NCBI RefSeq assembly: GCF_964355755.1
Contig: NC_092670.1
Span: forward strand, 39,792,388 to 39,856,387
Reading direction: 5' to 3'
From: Antedon mediterranea
Lineage: Eukaryota; Animalia; Echinodermata
DNA: 64,000 nucleotides
Part shown: positions 13,486-27,848 of the stretch, in pieces
Position numbering within the stretch: the first letter of the stretch is position 1
Layout of the letters: each line of letters starts with the position of its first letter
The notes under the pieces: generated by a model
Told to the model about the DNA's origin: nothing
Seen by the model: the letters and a program-made list of their open reading frames with translations, nothing else
The model's database searches: none
Made by a program: the position numbers and the translations under genes

Positions 13486-15057
13486 TTAGAACGCGACTCA
13501 ATAAAAAATATATATATATACACACGCAAAAAAGTTTTGAGATTTATGTGTATCTCACTGCCAAGTCACAAAGAATCGCGTCACGTACGACGGACACGTG
13601 TAAAAATATACAAATTGATAATAATGGTAGGCCCAACGCTTTTTAGTACGTGCATGTACGTGTCTGCTGTGCATTTTTTATTTTCGTGACTTTGATGGTA
13701 TGTACACAACAAATAAATAGAAAACGTCAGCGGCTTTAGTTCATGATCGGTACTAATCCTATTTGTCCTGTAAGTAACCGTACAATACACTTTGGCATTA
13801 CAGACGGATCAAGTAGTCTTAACCAGCTACAGTAAAAACAATCTATTCAATTCCAATCGCGCATGAATTATGAACGATGTTTACATTATCAATGTTTGCA
13901 AGCAACGTCACTTTAGAATCATCGAATTTACTGTAAGACTTTGAGAACTATGTTTGTTTGTCCCCTTGATCATTTTTATATATGTATATATGTATATACA
14001 GTGATGAGTGAAATTACGTAATTTCACTCTTTCCTTCTTCACTCTTGGTATATGGGCGAAACAAGAAGTCGACGCGGGCGCGCGTACACAAGACGCTTAA
14101 ACGCGAGCGTCCAATTTGTGTCAGTAACGAATTATTTGACCACTTCGTTTACACTATCAAACTAGTCTGACAAAAAAAGTGTGATGTGCTCAAATATGGT
14201 ACTGATATGCTCAATGGTAGTGATATGACATCATCATGTCCATACAGTATATGGGCACATCGCATTTTTTGTCACATAAAGTTTGATAGTGTAGACAGGC
14301 TAAACGGGTATTTAAACTAAAGCAGATAGAGAATAACTTCACTAACTATGGTATGCTCTGTATTTTTACTTGGCTAATTTATTATGACCCAACTGAATTT
14401 ATAAATTGGTGACTAAATTTTCTTGCAATTTATGTTAAAATAAAACACACACTTTAGAGAATAAAATCGTCTTCGTTTACAAAGCAAATGTAAACTTTAA
14501 TGGATGGTATACACAAAAGTTTATGGTTCAATTTGTGTTGAGAGCGTCTTGGAGAATTTAATTAAAGACTGATATAAATCATGCATTTTCTTCATTTCTA
14601 ACGCTAACGAAAGAACCATAAATTATGTTTAAAATATAACAATGCGACTGTAATGATGTCACAGAGAGATTCTATCAGTCATTTCAACTTACTATTTCAA
14701 TTTAATCTTATTTCAATGTTAATTTTCTTTTAAACATCTTTAGTTGAACTCGTTGTAAACTGTACTAACGGCCAGTGTGGTGAATATGTTTCAATTGCAA
14801 CTGTTTTCAGCCTTTATCAGAAGAAAGCAGTTGTTTTGTTAGATTTATGAATTGTATCTTACTTACAAGATTTGCCCAAAGTCTGTATTTATTGTCTTTG
14901 TTAGGACGTTTCGATTTTTGTTTGGAGTTTACAAGCTCAAGTTAGTATACGTATGAAACGCCATATGTGCCAAAATATTTATATTTTTTTACTAAATTAA
15001 GTCAAAACTCCGTCTGGAACCCAGACTACTTACTTACTGAGTACGGTACTGTATGTA

Positions 15058-15170
15058 AAAACAAGGCCATATACATGGCTGCAGTCGCGTGCTCAAATTT
15101 GAGTTAGTGTTTACCAACCGACCGACCGACTGACATAGTGAGCTGTTAGAGTCGCGTTGCATGCGACTAA
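15058..15170 (+). mobile_element. Helentron/DINE-1-like non-autonomous element
   Basis: aaaacaaggcc start, (ccga)n microsatellite, 3' hairpin gtcgcg..tgcgac; second copy at 40503-40615. Confidence 0.6.
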
Positions 15171-16489
15171 TGACGTATAGTGTTCACATCCAAATTGCAT
15201 CGTTGACGCAGCGCACAAATATGTAATAGGTCTTGATGTGAACTTTCCCCTTCAAAGAACCGTTTCTATATTTATCGGAACCCTAGCCCTAGTTATAAGA
15301 TTATGCAACACGTTAGTTACCGTACAACACGTTCGCGTCAGAAAATGTGAGTATTGCGTTAACAGGCTGGAGGTTAGTTGGTTACTATATCATATGATTA
15401 TTTCCACTAATCATAAATTTACATTATTTTTGTCTTAAGCTGATAATGTGAAATGTGAATTTAGATTATACTTGAAATACTGACATAATCCTGATTTATG
15501 TTGGGAAATGGTAAAATACATTTGGTACAAGAATGACATCATCTAAATTGTAATATGCAATTGTACATTAACTATATAATACACAACATAACATAATAAT
15601 ATAAATTCATATGTATATTCAAGTTTACATGAAATGTATATTATTTTCATTTATTCAAATTATAGTTTATTGTTCCAATTTGCATACATGTGGTAATCAA
15701 CTGTAATACATTTTGTACTTAAGTTTAATAATTATTATCAGTTTATAGGCCTATAAGTTTAATAATAGTTAATATAATATGTTTTGTATGTACAAAATGT
15801 AAATTATAAAATAGGGAACCAGATACATTACTAGCATGGAAATAATGGTATAAGTATCGTGTTCCAACGTATCAACTGAAATGCATTACTTTGTAAAGTG
15901 ACCATGTAAGGCAATTGAACATTACCCAACAAACCTAGCATATTAAACATTTTAAAGGCAGACGAAGATGATAATATTCAGACAATAAAATATAAGGTCA
16001 TACTATGTCAGGCTATAAAAATGCAAACATTATAATTACACTTGTATCATATATCGTCTCGTAACACATACCAGCACCTTGCAAAAAAAGTAAATTATAC
16101 TACTATCTCGAGCGGGTACCTCTCGAGCAGCTTCACCAGATCTAACAACATAAAACTCTAAAATATTTAAATCAATTTAAAAAAAAACACTTCCCTTTAT
16201 TTCTTGGTCTTCTTAATCAACAATATAAATCCAAAGAAAATAATTCCAAAATAAATCTATAAGCGGATCAAAGATACAAACATCTTAGAAGCACAAACAG
16301 TGTACAAATAACCGAATTTAATACGATTGGTTTCCACGTGCATGCAAATTGGAACAATAAACTAATTTGAATAAAGGAAGATAATACATTTGTGTATTTA
16401 TACAAACAAATAAATTGTGTATATAGTCTTGGACTACTAATAGTGTGAGGAATAAAAATAAAACCCATATTTATTTATTATGAAAAGTA

Positions 16490-17755
16490 TTATTAATCGC
16501 CTTCGGCATCGAATATAAAGACATTCCTTTGATTTTGTCGTGATATAACTTGTATAGATTGGTTTGACATCGTTTTCCAGAGGTCACAGTTCAACATCAT
16601 CCAGAAACAAACCGACGTGCTATAAATAAATGAGAAACTGTGTCAAAATTATTCTAATGTTACCGAAGTACTATTTATCTGTAATGAACTATAAGGTGGT
16701 ATACTTTTCAAAGTCGTTAACTTGTTTCCATATTCCCTGTTGTTATATTAGTTTAATGTACGACTTTACAGTATAATCCATAAGACAGCAATTATATAAG
16801 ACCCAAATTCAAACTCCTTCATTATATGAGAAGGCCGGATGAAAGGACTTAACTATTTTAATAGCTAAAAAATAATTATAATTAAATCAGCTGACTCTGA
16901 ACAATTGTATATAATACAGTATTGCATTATTGATATCAGCAAAACTGTGATATCAGCCTTGTACAATATCAAATATTTTTCTTTTAATATCCGGAAGGTA
17001 TTTATATTTAATTATGAGCAATGTGTTTACAAGGTATCATATTAAACAAAATAATGTCATAATATCTCCTTTCACGCTTGATTAAGCACTACAAGCATGT
17101 TGGGAACCTTTTACATGTAGGCCGGTGATGAAAAAATCGATACATTGAAAAAACATCAAGTAAAGTGAATGGAGCAAGCTGCTCGATGAGCATGAGTCGA
17201 TGTACTGACTTTAATTAAAAGACAGAAACTGTTCCTTCGACGGCAAATCAGTTGTTGATATAACAAGACGAAATGACGTAGATGAAATTGATTCTTACCT
17301 GAGTGAGTGGTGAGGTGAAATCTCCCGGGCTTTGCGAGTGTTCAATCCAACTCCTTAAAACTATCGCTTGAACAAATGCAGTAAAAAACAGTGGTGATTA
17401 GGAAAAAGATTTGTAAAAGCAAATATCAGCTGATGCAGACAAGTTGGCGAGCAATAAAACACTTTTATAATCTTCTTTACAGTTTGGCTCGAGTCAGCGT
17501 CGAGTTCAAATGTGCGCCGCCGCCACGAGTCATTTTTACCAACGACGACATTTCAGGTATATTTCTTGTTAACATATCTTCAACAGCAAGAGTCAGATTC
17601 TCGAAGTTTGCCACATCGGTATTTTTAATTAAACGTGGAAATGGTAAAGTTATATACTTTAGCAAAGCCTATGGAACACGATCGGCGAACGGTAAATGTA
17701 TAGGGTGTTGAAACTCTGTATCTACTTCTATTGCATCGCTACTTATTGTATGCAT
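16490..17755 (-). pseudogene. Putative decayed two-exon coding sequence
   Basis: ATG at about 17755 (MHTISSDAIEVDTEFQHP..), protein-like reading interrupted by stops and a frameshift; strong CAG|GTAAG donor at 17299 and TAG acceptor at about 16620. No family recognised. Confidence 0.3.
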
Positions 17756-18461
17756 ACTGTCGAATCAAACCAAGCAAGCAAGATCACACGGGGATCATTA
17801 CTGGACTGTATTAAATGTTGAACTTTATTATCGTTTTTCATAGAAAATATTGATTATAACACTTTGGAGGATAATAATTCCTTGAAAATCTATAATGTGA
17901 TGATGTTTCAAAATGAAAATATCAGAAAGCGATTTATAATATGACATATGTTTTCAATTTGCGATTAGCATCCAGCGTTCAACGTGTTTTGCAAGATTGA
18001 TATTATCAAATCAATTTCACAAAAGCAGCGAGACTTGATACTGATATTATGTACAATATTTGAAATAACTACATGTGATACTATAGGGACACTGAACAAA
18101 GCTGGAATGTTGTTGGTCTCATTTCTTCGAAATTTATAAATGCTGTATTTATAATGTATTCTGATGTATGCCATTTTTATCCTCAAGGGAAACACATAAT
18201 TTTAAATTTTGCTATATGCCAACAAGAAATTGAGGAAAGATGAATTCAAGTGCAGTTGTAGATTCGTACGTACAAAACGTTACGGTATATTATTCGCAAT
18301 TTTAGAATTACTAGAAGCACTGATTGGTAATTTGTATTTATATATAAATAATTCCTGCAGAAACCATCGTGAAAAATTGCTGTTATGAATATTTTGATTT
18401 AGAAAGTTGTGTTGTCTAAACATTGGACTAAACATTTGGACAGCTTAATTAAATCTAAAAT

Positions 18462-20000
18462 ATGGCATCTAATGAACATCACTACCCCATAGCTGAAGTT
18501 ATTACGGTAGAACAGCGAATATTAAATGCCACCACCGAAACATCTGATGAGCATAATGATGAATTAACCCTTGGTATCATTTATACCATATCTATAGCAA
18601 TTATCACCGGTGTTTTTGTAATTGCTGCTTTAGCCTTCATGCTTATAATATGGTAAGTACGACATGATCATTATGTGATGAATGTAGTTTACTGCAGTTA
18701 CTGCAGTGTCATCATCTTCTCATCTGAATGATTATAAAGTAGATAATAGTTTTAAGTACGGAGACACCGTACTTGAAGAAAGTTCCGTTTAAGAAATCTT
18801 TCGCTCATCTTGTATAACTTCGATTAACCCGACTCGTTAAAATAATATATCTTTTCTCGACATGACCTAACTTTATACACACAAAAACATTGGTGATTCG
18901 ACCTCACAATTCACAGCTATAACATTAGACCTCATAAACGGAACCAATAATTGAGCGATAGTTAGACAACATTAATTTGTTTTAGTGCATTTTCATTTTA
19001 TTTTGATAAATGGTCATAGATAGTTCCTTAATATTTATGACTACGCCTAAACTTCAACATAAAAGGGTAGTCTAGTCTGAAACAGCAAAATATATGGGCC
19101 ATTTGAATACAAATACATACCTATATTATGATAATTAATTTTGTGGTAAATTGTATTTGCATTTGCAACGATTTACCCCAACATCAATTATCATTATTTC
19201 ATTGAATTGCCACATCTTTTGAATTGCAACTTATGATTTAATTAAGATTTCGGGGACCCCCCTATGCAAACAATGCCTCATCCTGTCAATTGTATGTATT
19301 TGTAATATGCCTATTGTATTTGATGAATGAGCAAACAAACACAATGAAAAAAGTAGCCTATTTTACAATAATATGATGATGATGTCTCAATGTTTTAGCT
19401 GTTAATATGGTTAAACATATCATTATTTACTTGACTGCCTGGAGGGACTGATTTCTGTTTATGATTTGTTTTCTTCAGCAACAAAGCAGATTTTGCACGA
19501 GACACCCTACTTTGCTAACTACTGAGGAATTACCAAAATAAAATAGATTTCTTAAGCTCTGTCTACACTACCAAACGGTATGTGACAAAACAATGTGATG
19601 TGCCCATTAAATGGACAAGTTGACATCATATCACTACCATATTTGGGCATATCACTACCATTTGTGCACATCACACTTTTTTTGTCAAACGAGTTTGATA
19701 GTGTAGACAGAGAGCTTTATGTGTATTTTAATAACATTAAAATGTTTCTTCGCGGTGGTAATGAACTGATTATTATACTAATGCTGCGATCTTCGTTTAT
19801 ATCTTTAATTTAGGAAAAGACGCCAGACCCTAGTCCATGACCACCGGGTTGCTAGGAGACTAATGATTGACAGTGTGTCATCATGTCAGACATCTTATCA
19901 ACGATTTGACGTTAATGACTCAACTGATGTTTTATTTTCAACAAACATTAGTTTATGTGATTCTGCGAGACATGACGTCCCTGCTGTGCTTACAATATGA
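18462..20000 (+). CDS. Orphan small single-pass (type III-like) membrane protein, 125 aa
   Basis: Exon 18462-18652 (TG|GTAAGT) joins TAG|G at 19814 to give ..TGVFVIAALAFMLIIW-KRRQ..PAVLTI*. Acidic N-terminus with an NAT sequon, about 28-aa hydrophobic helix, basic stop-transfer KRR. Confidence 0.75.
19555..19716. mobile_element. MITE family A
   Basis: Both TIRs and the internal 21-bp subrepeat. Confidence 0.85.
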
Positions 20001-20511
20001 CGACAACGGAGAGATGGATTCGTTTACGAAAGCCGTTAAAATCTCGACGGTCGGTGGCTCCTTGAGATGGTGATTTACTTTCTTTGTATCAATGTTTTAA
20101 AATGGTAAACAACGAACGTGTTTTAACAACCAACACATTTGAAGCGGGATAAAGAATTCTAATTCGGAAATTACGCAAAGTTTTTAAAAAGATGGAAGAC
20201 AATTACGAAACTGCTTATCTTGTGGGCTGTGACGACAACACGAAAGATACATACTTTTTATACGCGCGCGCGTCCACATCCTGTCACACTCTTCGCGTAA
20301 ACTGTAAAATATTGTAGACTATACTAAATTTGATTGTGTAACTATTGTATATATTTTCTAAGATACATTTTCAATATGTTGTTACATATTTAATGATTTG
20401 TGATGACTATTTTTGTCAGTGACATCACAGCTCTAGGGCCTGATGTGTGTCTGAAGACGCGTGTGATAGTGTGCTATTCTCTTTAGCAAGAGATAAAGTA
20501 TCAGAACGTAA

Positions 20512-20660
20512 AGCTCTGTCTACACTATCACCAATAGTTTGACAAAAAAGTGTGATATGCCCCAATATGGTAGTAATATCCTCAAATAATGGTAGTGATA
20601 TGACATCATTATGTCCATATATGGGCACATCACATAAAGTTTGATAGTGTAGACAAGGCT
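20512..20660. mobile_element. MITE family A
   Basis: Both TIRs with TAA/TTA flanks. Confidence 0.85.
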
Positions 20661-20859
20661 TTAAAATCTTAAATGTTATGTATTTCATTTACTAATGTAG
20701 TAAGATGGGATGATCTATCTCGAAATTGACATGACAGGTTTGAAAGAGTAGAGACTCGCGCATGTCAATAAAATGCAATTGCTTTATGAAGTAATCAACG
20801 AAATTGGATATAATTTAAAAGGTATTATACCTAGCTAGGTAAACTACCATATCACCGCA

Positions 20860-21350
20860 CCACAGGCAAAATAAAATTAATGAAAAATGTCAAAAGTAAA
20901 TCTGTATTTTCTATTAAATAAAATCATATTAGATTTTTGTTGTTGAAGTATACTAATCCTCCACTTTTAGTCGAATTTGTATGTTAAAATGAGAACCACA
21001 ATACCACAAGGCAAAATATAATTAATGAAAAATGTTAAAAGTAAATCTGTATTTTCTATTAAATAAAATCCTATTAGATTTTTGTTGTTGAAGTATACTA
21101 ATCCTCCACTTTTAGTCGAATTTGTATGTTAAAATGAGAACCACAATACCACAAGGCAAAATATAATAATGAAAAATGTCAAAAGTAAATCTGCATTTTC
21201 TATTAAATAAAATCGTATTAGTTTTTTTAATAATCCACTTTGAGTCGAACCTGTATGTTGTTAAAATGAGAACTACAATACCACAAGGCAAAATAAAATT
21301 AATGAACATTTTTAACAGTAAATCTCTGTTTTCTAAATAAAATATATTAG
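20860..21350. repeat. Tandem repeat, about 145-bp unit, about 3.3 copies
   Basis: ggcaaaat...aagtaaatct unit recurs near 20865, 21010, 21155 and 21287. Confidence 0.9.
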
Positions 21351-21799
21351 TTTTTTAATAGTGAAATTGCACTTAAGGCAGCAGAATCGCAATATTTAAT
21401 TAGTTGAAGGACTAATCCCTTATGATGAATATTACTGTGCCTAAATGTAAGATGATACTTACTTTAATGTTGTGTTATAAATTCTAAGCACGTGTTTAAT
21501 CCACATTGCTCTGAACCTGTAAATATGTTATAATGTGAATCATTAACTTTATTTCAAATAATATCCATTTATTCCAAAGAATCATAGACGAATATCACGT
21601 GATACGTTGTGTCAATATTTTTGTAATAAATCTAACGAAATGACAAGAATTGTTCCATATTTTATAATTCAAATATTTGTTTTCAACTTTTCGTATGACA
21701 TTAATTACTTTCGAATTTTGAGTTTATTGAACGCAATTTTTACTATTTGACTTGACGTAAACGGGTTCACGTCACCAGTCCGTTTGTGCATAGGCCAAA

Positions 21800-22052
21800 C
21801 GCGTCAACCAGCAACACAAACGACACGTCACTAGTCCATTTGGTAACACTCGTTTACCATCAAAATACGTTATGAACAGCCGATGTCGTCACCTGTCTGA
21901 ATTAATTCGGTTGGCACAATGGTTGTTTAACGCGTCGAACAACAGCAACACAAACGACAGTTCATTTGGTATAATGCGTTTACCACCGAAATACGTTATG
22001 AACAGCCGATGTCGTCGCATGTTTGTATCAATTCGGTTGTCACAATGGTTTG
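21800..22052. repeat. Diverged direct duplication, about 126-bp unit x2
   Basis: aaatacgttatgaacagccgatgtcgtc at about 21863 and 21989. Confidence 0.8.
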
Positions 22053-22614
22053 ATGGGAGACCGGTAAAATCATATTAATTGCAATCGATTCACAGTAATT
22101 AGAGACATGCCATATTAAAACGTATGACATGACATGCGCCGTAGCCATAGTTATTGTTTGTTTAAAATGATATGAAATTGCTTCCCCGGAATAATAGAAT
22201 ACCTTTCAAAATTTTGTTTGCAAAAGAAAATGGCGATTTAAATTAAACAATATTTTTACTAAAGTATCTTTCGTATGGTTTATATATCTACACTAGATAT
22301 ATCGTAATTCAACACTATCAATACAGCTCATGTGTGAATACACCTTTAAGTATATATCAAACTATCATATGACTCGTTTAATGTACAATGAAAAAATGGT
22401 TATGCATTGTATTATCACATTTGCATATGACATTTCGTCAGCGTACGCGCAACAAAACACATACGCGCATGTGTACACAATATCAGCAGCACTCAAACAT
22501 TGCGCCTAGTCGCGTTTCTTTCGTCGTATCGTGTTTTTTTTCTTCATCTATGAAGCCGCGCCAATATGGTTCACATCCATATTATTTCGATTGGTTGCAA
22601 TCAGAAAATAAATA

Positions 22615-22905
22615 TTATATTTCCAGATATTCATTATTTTTATAATCGAAAAGCTTGCCCATTTTCTCTTTCAATGAATTCCTTCTCAAATGTACTGATC
22701 GTTTACCACATCATTATTTTATAATTTTCCGAATCGTCATATCTTCTAGTACATTCAGTCAATGTTGAAAACCTGACCCACTTGTGTCGAAACCTTCCAT
22801 AATTTACAGAATAATCACCACTCAATGACGTTCTCGGTAAAATATCAATGCCAGCATAAATATTCCATAACGGCGTAGGGACAAGATACAGTTTATCCGA
22901 TGATT
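22615..22905 (-). pseudogene. Decayed MULE (Mutator-like) transposase C-terminal fragment
   Basis: Minus strand reads PTPLWNIYAGIDILPRT..(frameshift)MEGF..., then KLFDYKNNEYLE; resembles the MULE motif P..LWN.Y....LPRTNN..EG.H. Multiple stops. Confidence 0.4.
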
Positions 22906-23300
22906 TTACACAGTAGAACCTCTGTTTTACGTACCCTGATTTTACGTACGCTTAAAATTACCGATGACGTCATCATTTTTAGTAATTCATTACATATATA
23001 GTGTTATTTGTAATAATAAAATGCATATTCAACAAAATAAATAATAAATTAATTTTTCCTCTAAACAAATTCATGACATAAACTAGACGAAGGAAAACAA
23101 TCATCTCATTGGTTGTATTTTATTTGTTACAAGGTAAACCAGTCTAAAACCGTTTCCAGTTCACCACGGCGGAGGAGCAAGCACATTTCCATTAATATTT
23201 ATGCCGAGAAAAATATAATTTCAAGGTTAAACATAACATAATTTTAATGAACACTGCAGTGATCAGTATAGGTCGCAAAATGACGACTTCGCTTGTGTAA

Positions 23301-23448
23301 AGCTTGGTTCCCACTAGCGACGCAACACAAGGACGTGACGCAACGTAAGTGATTTGACCAATTACAAGCGATGGATTATTTGAACAGCGGCTTGTCATTG
23401 GTCAACTAGCTTGCGTTGCGCGTACGTCACTATAGTGGGAACCATGCT
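23301..23448. mobile_element. Harbinger-like MITE (agcttggttcccactag family)
   Basis: TIR agcttggttcccacta/tagtgggaaccatgct. Confidence 0.7.
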
Positions 23449-24085
23449 TCATAACGCTCGGTGCATTCCTCCTGTTTTATCCGTCATGTTATCAATGTTA
23501 ATATGGTTTTGGTGGGTCTATTGTGCTTAAAAACAAGATTATATATTCGGAACCATATAAATAACATAGCATCTATATTTAGACAGAATCTATGTCAAAT
23601 GAGTTTGAGTTCTTAATTAAAATAAATAAAACCTATTTAACTATAATACTAATAATATAAATTTAATCTAACCATATTATGAGTAAATATAAAACCACTT
23701 ATCAACAAAATACCACATAGCTGTGTAAAATATTAATCCAATTTCAGACTTGCCTCCGCCAATAAGAAGTAATCTAGAAACTTAACTTAATTATGACGTA
23801 TTACTATGACGTAGCAAAGTCGTCTCCCACACACATGTCACGCAGACAAGATCTAGGCTCAACAACTAGCTCCCTGCTCGCATACAAATAAGCACCCAAT
23901 AGTCCCACCCCAACCAACATGGGCCCAGTAATTGAATAAACCGGATCATGATAAGCCTAGGCCTAGACGATAACAACGTTTATTCTAGCTCAACAGTTTA
24001 GGCCCGATGCTATGGAAGGAAGCAAATTAACTCTATACAATTAGGGTAGTACAATGAATTTAGCAATTAATGTTTAAAAACTTAC

Positions 24086-24300
24086 AATTTCCTTTCCATT
24101 TTTTTATTCTAGTCCTAGCTGATGATCGGTGAGCGTGAGTGGTTGTGGTACGGGTACGGGTGTTGAACGTGGTTTGATTAATGAATGGATGTCGTTTCTG
24201 ATTGGTCAGTAGTTCCCTTTATTGGGAGTTCGGCGCGACGGATTGTCGTCTGATTTTACGTTACGATTACGCATGCGCTGCACATACGTGTTACAAAGAT
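24086..24300 (-). promoter_or_regulatory. Candidate promoter and first exon of an unidentified leftward transcript
   Basis: CpG-rich patch, CCAAT box (attgg at 24201), NRF1-like cgcatgcgc at about 24270, minus-strand GTAAGT donor at 24085-24080. Confidence 0.3.
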
Positions 24301-25003
24301 AAACAGGTCTGCAGATTGAGTATTGTATGCACGGAGAAGGATTGCGAAATGGCTAAATGCTACATAAATAATTATAGATTATAATACACCCATATTAAAT
24401 TGACAAATATTGCTTTAACATAATAACAAATTGACACGAATCACAGGTTAAAATACATACAAATCAAAGGTGTTAGTATCATAATAGACTATCTTTCTAA
24501 AAAAAAAAATCCTTAAAATATCAAAATATTAGAGGGCGTTACCACATTTTTAGTAAGTTTGCAACATAGAAATGACAAGATAGAGGGCAGCACATTGCTT
24601 TCTTCTACAAGGTACTAAAAACTGTGTCCTACTCTATTCTTTTTTAGTCAAGTTGTACTAAATCTGTTACCTTACTTATACTGTACTTTTAGAGGTGGGT
24701 GTGGCAGTAAATTATTTATACATTTTTGATAATAAAAGTGTTTTCAAGAAATTCTAGAATCATAAAGGACATAGCAACTTAAAATCTCCTGTGTTGTGGT
24801 AATACTGTAGTTTACTTGTGTTCAGACAAGATATGTTTTTATTATCACTTGCACCTATATAAACTTAACCACCAATCAACATTGAATACCTGGGTTAGGC
24901 CCTACTGTTGCATGGCACGTACAGGCCTATTTATCAAGGACTACTATAGAGGGGATCTTATTTTACTGTTTTTCAATTCTCAATACCATTTTTTTCATTA
25001 GCC

Positions 25004-27848
25004 TTATTGTTGTTCAGTATCAGCAGCTGCCTCACTTGCTTGGTAAGCTTTCATTTCGGATGTTGAAGATGTTAGAGGGCGGACTTCTTCATCAACGGGT
25101 TCATCGACTCGTTTGAAGTCTGAATGTGTAACAATAAAGGCAACAAGACCTCCAAAGAGACAGATCATTAAACCAAGGAAATTTCCAATCATGGCTCCTG
25201 TTGGCAGGGTACTATATGGCTCTTCAGCACTATAAATAAAAAGATATAAAGTCATTTAAATATATATTTAAAAAAATGTACAATTTTAAAATACAAGTTT
25301 TTGAGCGTAAAAATGATAAAATAAAGTATATAGAGTGGAGGTGACAGTGGTACTATAAATATTATTATTTTGTATTTTTATTTATTTATTCAAGATCCAA
25401 CAGCGTATAAAGAAAAACACCAATACAGGATCGCCATAAAATATACATTAAGATTAATGGGAAGACCTGGACAACAACAAAATGGCAAACAAAAAGCTAA
25501 TGGTACATCTTTTGAGATTGTGTTTTTCAATGAAAATCTATCTCCCTCTCTTCTTTCCATTGGCGTAATGCATAGACCCGAGGCCCCTGGTTAAAGCTCT
25601 GTCTACAATATAAAACTAGTTTGACAAAAAAAGTTTGATGTGCTAAAATATGGTAGTGATATTTCCAAATATGGTATCATCATCATCATGTCCATGGCCA
25701 CATAACATTTTTTGTCACATATAAAGTTTGATAGTGTAGACAGAGCTTAAGTAATAAATTGCGGAATATACAGTAGGCTACAAAAATATATTCATTAATT
25801 CATCTAAATGTCTTACTCATTAGGGTATTGAAAGCCAAGTTTCTCCAGAAGACCCATACAGGCAACACCTATAGCACCAACAAAAATTGCAATTCCAAAG
25901 AAACGATGTACGACTAAATATGATTTACGTAAGGATTCACTCGCTTTTGGGAAGAAGAAGAAGAGGAAGCCAAAAAGAAGCTGAAAAAGAAATATATAGT
26001 ATAAGAAAATTGTTTTAAAAAATAGCAAAATATTGATATGTTGCATATTGAACGCGATGTATGAAGAAATCGCAACTTAGGTAAATTAAAATTGAGTTAC
26101 TCACCATTTAAATTAATTAAATGGATTTAAAAGGAAAAATTAAAGAGAATTCAGTGAATTAATTATAAGGTAAGCTTATTATTATGAGATTAGAGCCTTA
26201 ATTCGCTATCACACATTTGGAAATTAATTGGGCTGGTCAATGTGTCTGATTTTCTGGCGAGTCTGGTATTTTCATTCATCAACATTTTTATTCCGACATC
26301 AAAATAAAACATATACAAATACAATAAGCTTTAAATAAACAATAAATTTTAGGATAGAATTGTTTTGTTTTTCCATTAATGTTTTATCTTTGTATGAGAC
26401 AAGTACTTATCTTATGATAACCATGATAAAATGGAATACAAGAAAAGTTCTTCAAACATGTAACTCGAACAAAATTGAACAAATATTTATGTACATTTAA
26501 AATATACTTTTAATTTGGAAAAAGTAATAAAGTCTCGTTTTGAGATTTATGGCTTTCAGAAAGATTAGGAGCCTCAACAGTAATTTATTTTAAATTAATT
26601 TATTTATTCTTTTTTTTTACTTTGATTGTATTTTCAGTAACGTAGTAATGCTTTTCAAAACGGTCCAGTTACAAGGTTTAAAAGTTAAAAAATAGCAATA
26701 TATAACATATATACAGTAAAATAAAATCATACATAATTTGAAAGATATATACAGTACTATGTTGTACATTTGCTTAAATTTGTTTGTCGTGGAAGTATCA
26801 AATATTACCTGGCAAGTAAACAATGTGAAGACAACAATACCAGCCCAGCTATGTATGGAATACATGTTCGCTATACCATTAACGTTATGATTACGAAAGA
26901 CTGCTTTGAGGCCGATACATGCACATATGAACCCAAAGATTTGAGTCAATAAGTGCATAGTCTTGATAACAACCTTACTCTCCTTGTTAAATACACGAAA
27001 CACCATTATAGCTGTAAACAAGTTAAAAATAATTATTATTAACACTTGTCCCTCCATTGTCAAGCAAGTATCAATAAAAGAACAAAGAATCATCAATATA
27101 TAAAGTAAGCCTATCAAAAATGTAAAATTAAAGCAAAGAGTTTAAGTTATCTTTATTTTGTTTTCACAAAAAAGTATAAAAACAAAATTGGTTGCTGGTT
27201 ATAAAACAGAACAGAAAATTTTAAAAGTTCAAGGCATATAGAAAACTAATAATGCCATAGACTTTTTTACTCTCTAACAACTATTGAAAACCCCTTAATA
27301 TTCATTAAGAGAAGTTTACTTTTTTATCCACTAGCAAACGTTTTCTAGTTCTAAAAACTAGCAAACTTTGAGCCCCGAGACTAGATGATAACAAATAACT
27401 ATAACTATTTATGTTCTCTAAAACTATAAAAATATGTAAGTATTGTGCTGGCAGGTCTGTGGACCCTAAATTGCCAGTAAACTGAAGCAGTGATGTGAGT
27501 TCGGTTGGTCAGGGTTTATTAAGGTTTTTTTAAAAATTTGTTGTTTTTAGTTTCATGGTTAGTATTTTTAATGGTTTTCACAAGCGCCTTGAACAATTTG
27601 TCGATATGTGCGCTTTATGAAATTCTTATTTTATCTTATCTTATCTTGAAAAAAAAACAACTTATACCTTGACCATACATATAAACAAGGCCAATAACCA
27701 TCAGTAACGGATGAAGGTTGAATTCTTGTGAAGATCCATCCCATGCAAAGCCACCAAGAATGTTACCGGTCCAGTAACCAAGTAAAACTAGCATCACCAC
27801 GCCAACCACTTGAGCACATGTTACGCAGACAAACAAAAAGCTTGGCAT
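25004..27848 (-). CDS. Cytochrome b561 family ascorbate-dependent reductase (CYB561/CYBRD1/CYB561A3-like), 257 aa
   Basis: Exons 27848-27668, 27011-26809, 25980-25817, 25229-25004 in frame. Four heme-ligand His (FNLHPLLM, KTMHLL, MYSIHSWAG, VVHRFFG) and six TM helices. Possible 5' UTR exon at 31651-31591. Confidence 0.95.
25595..25747. mobile_element. MITE family A (intronic)
   Basis: TIRs with a perfect TAA target duplication. Confidence 0.9.
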
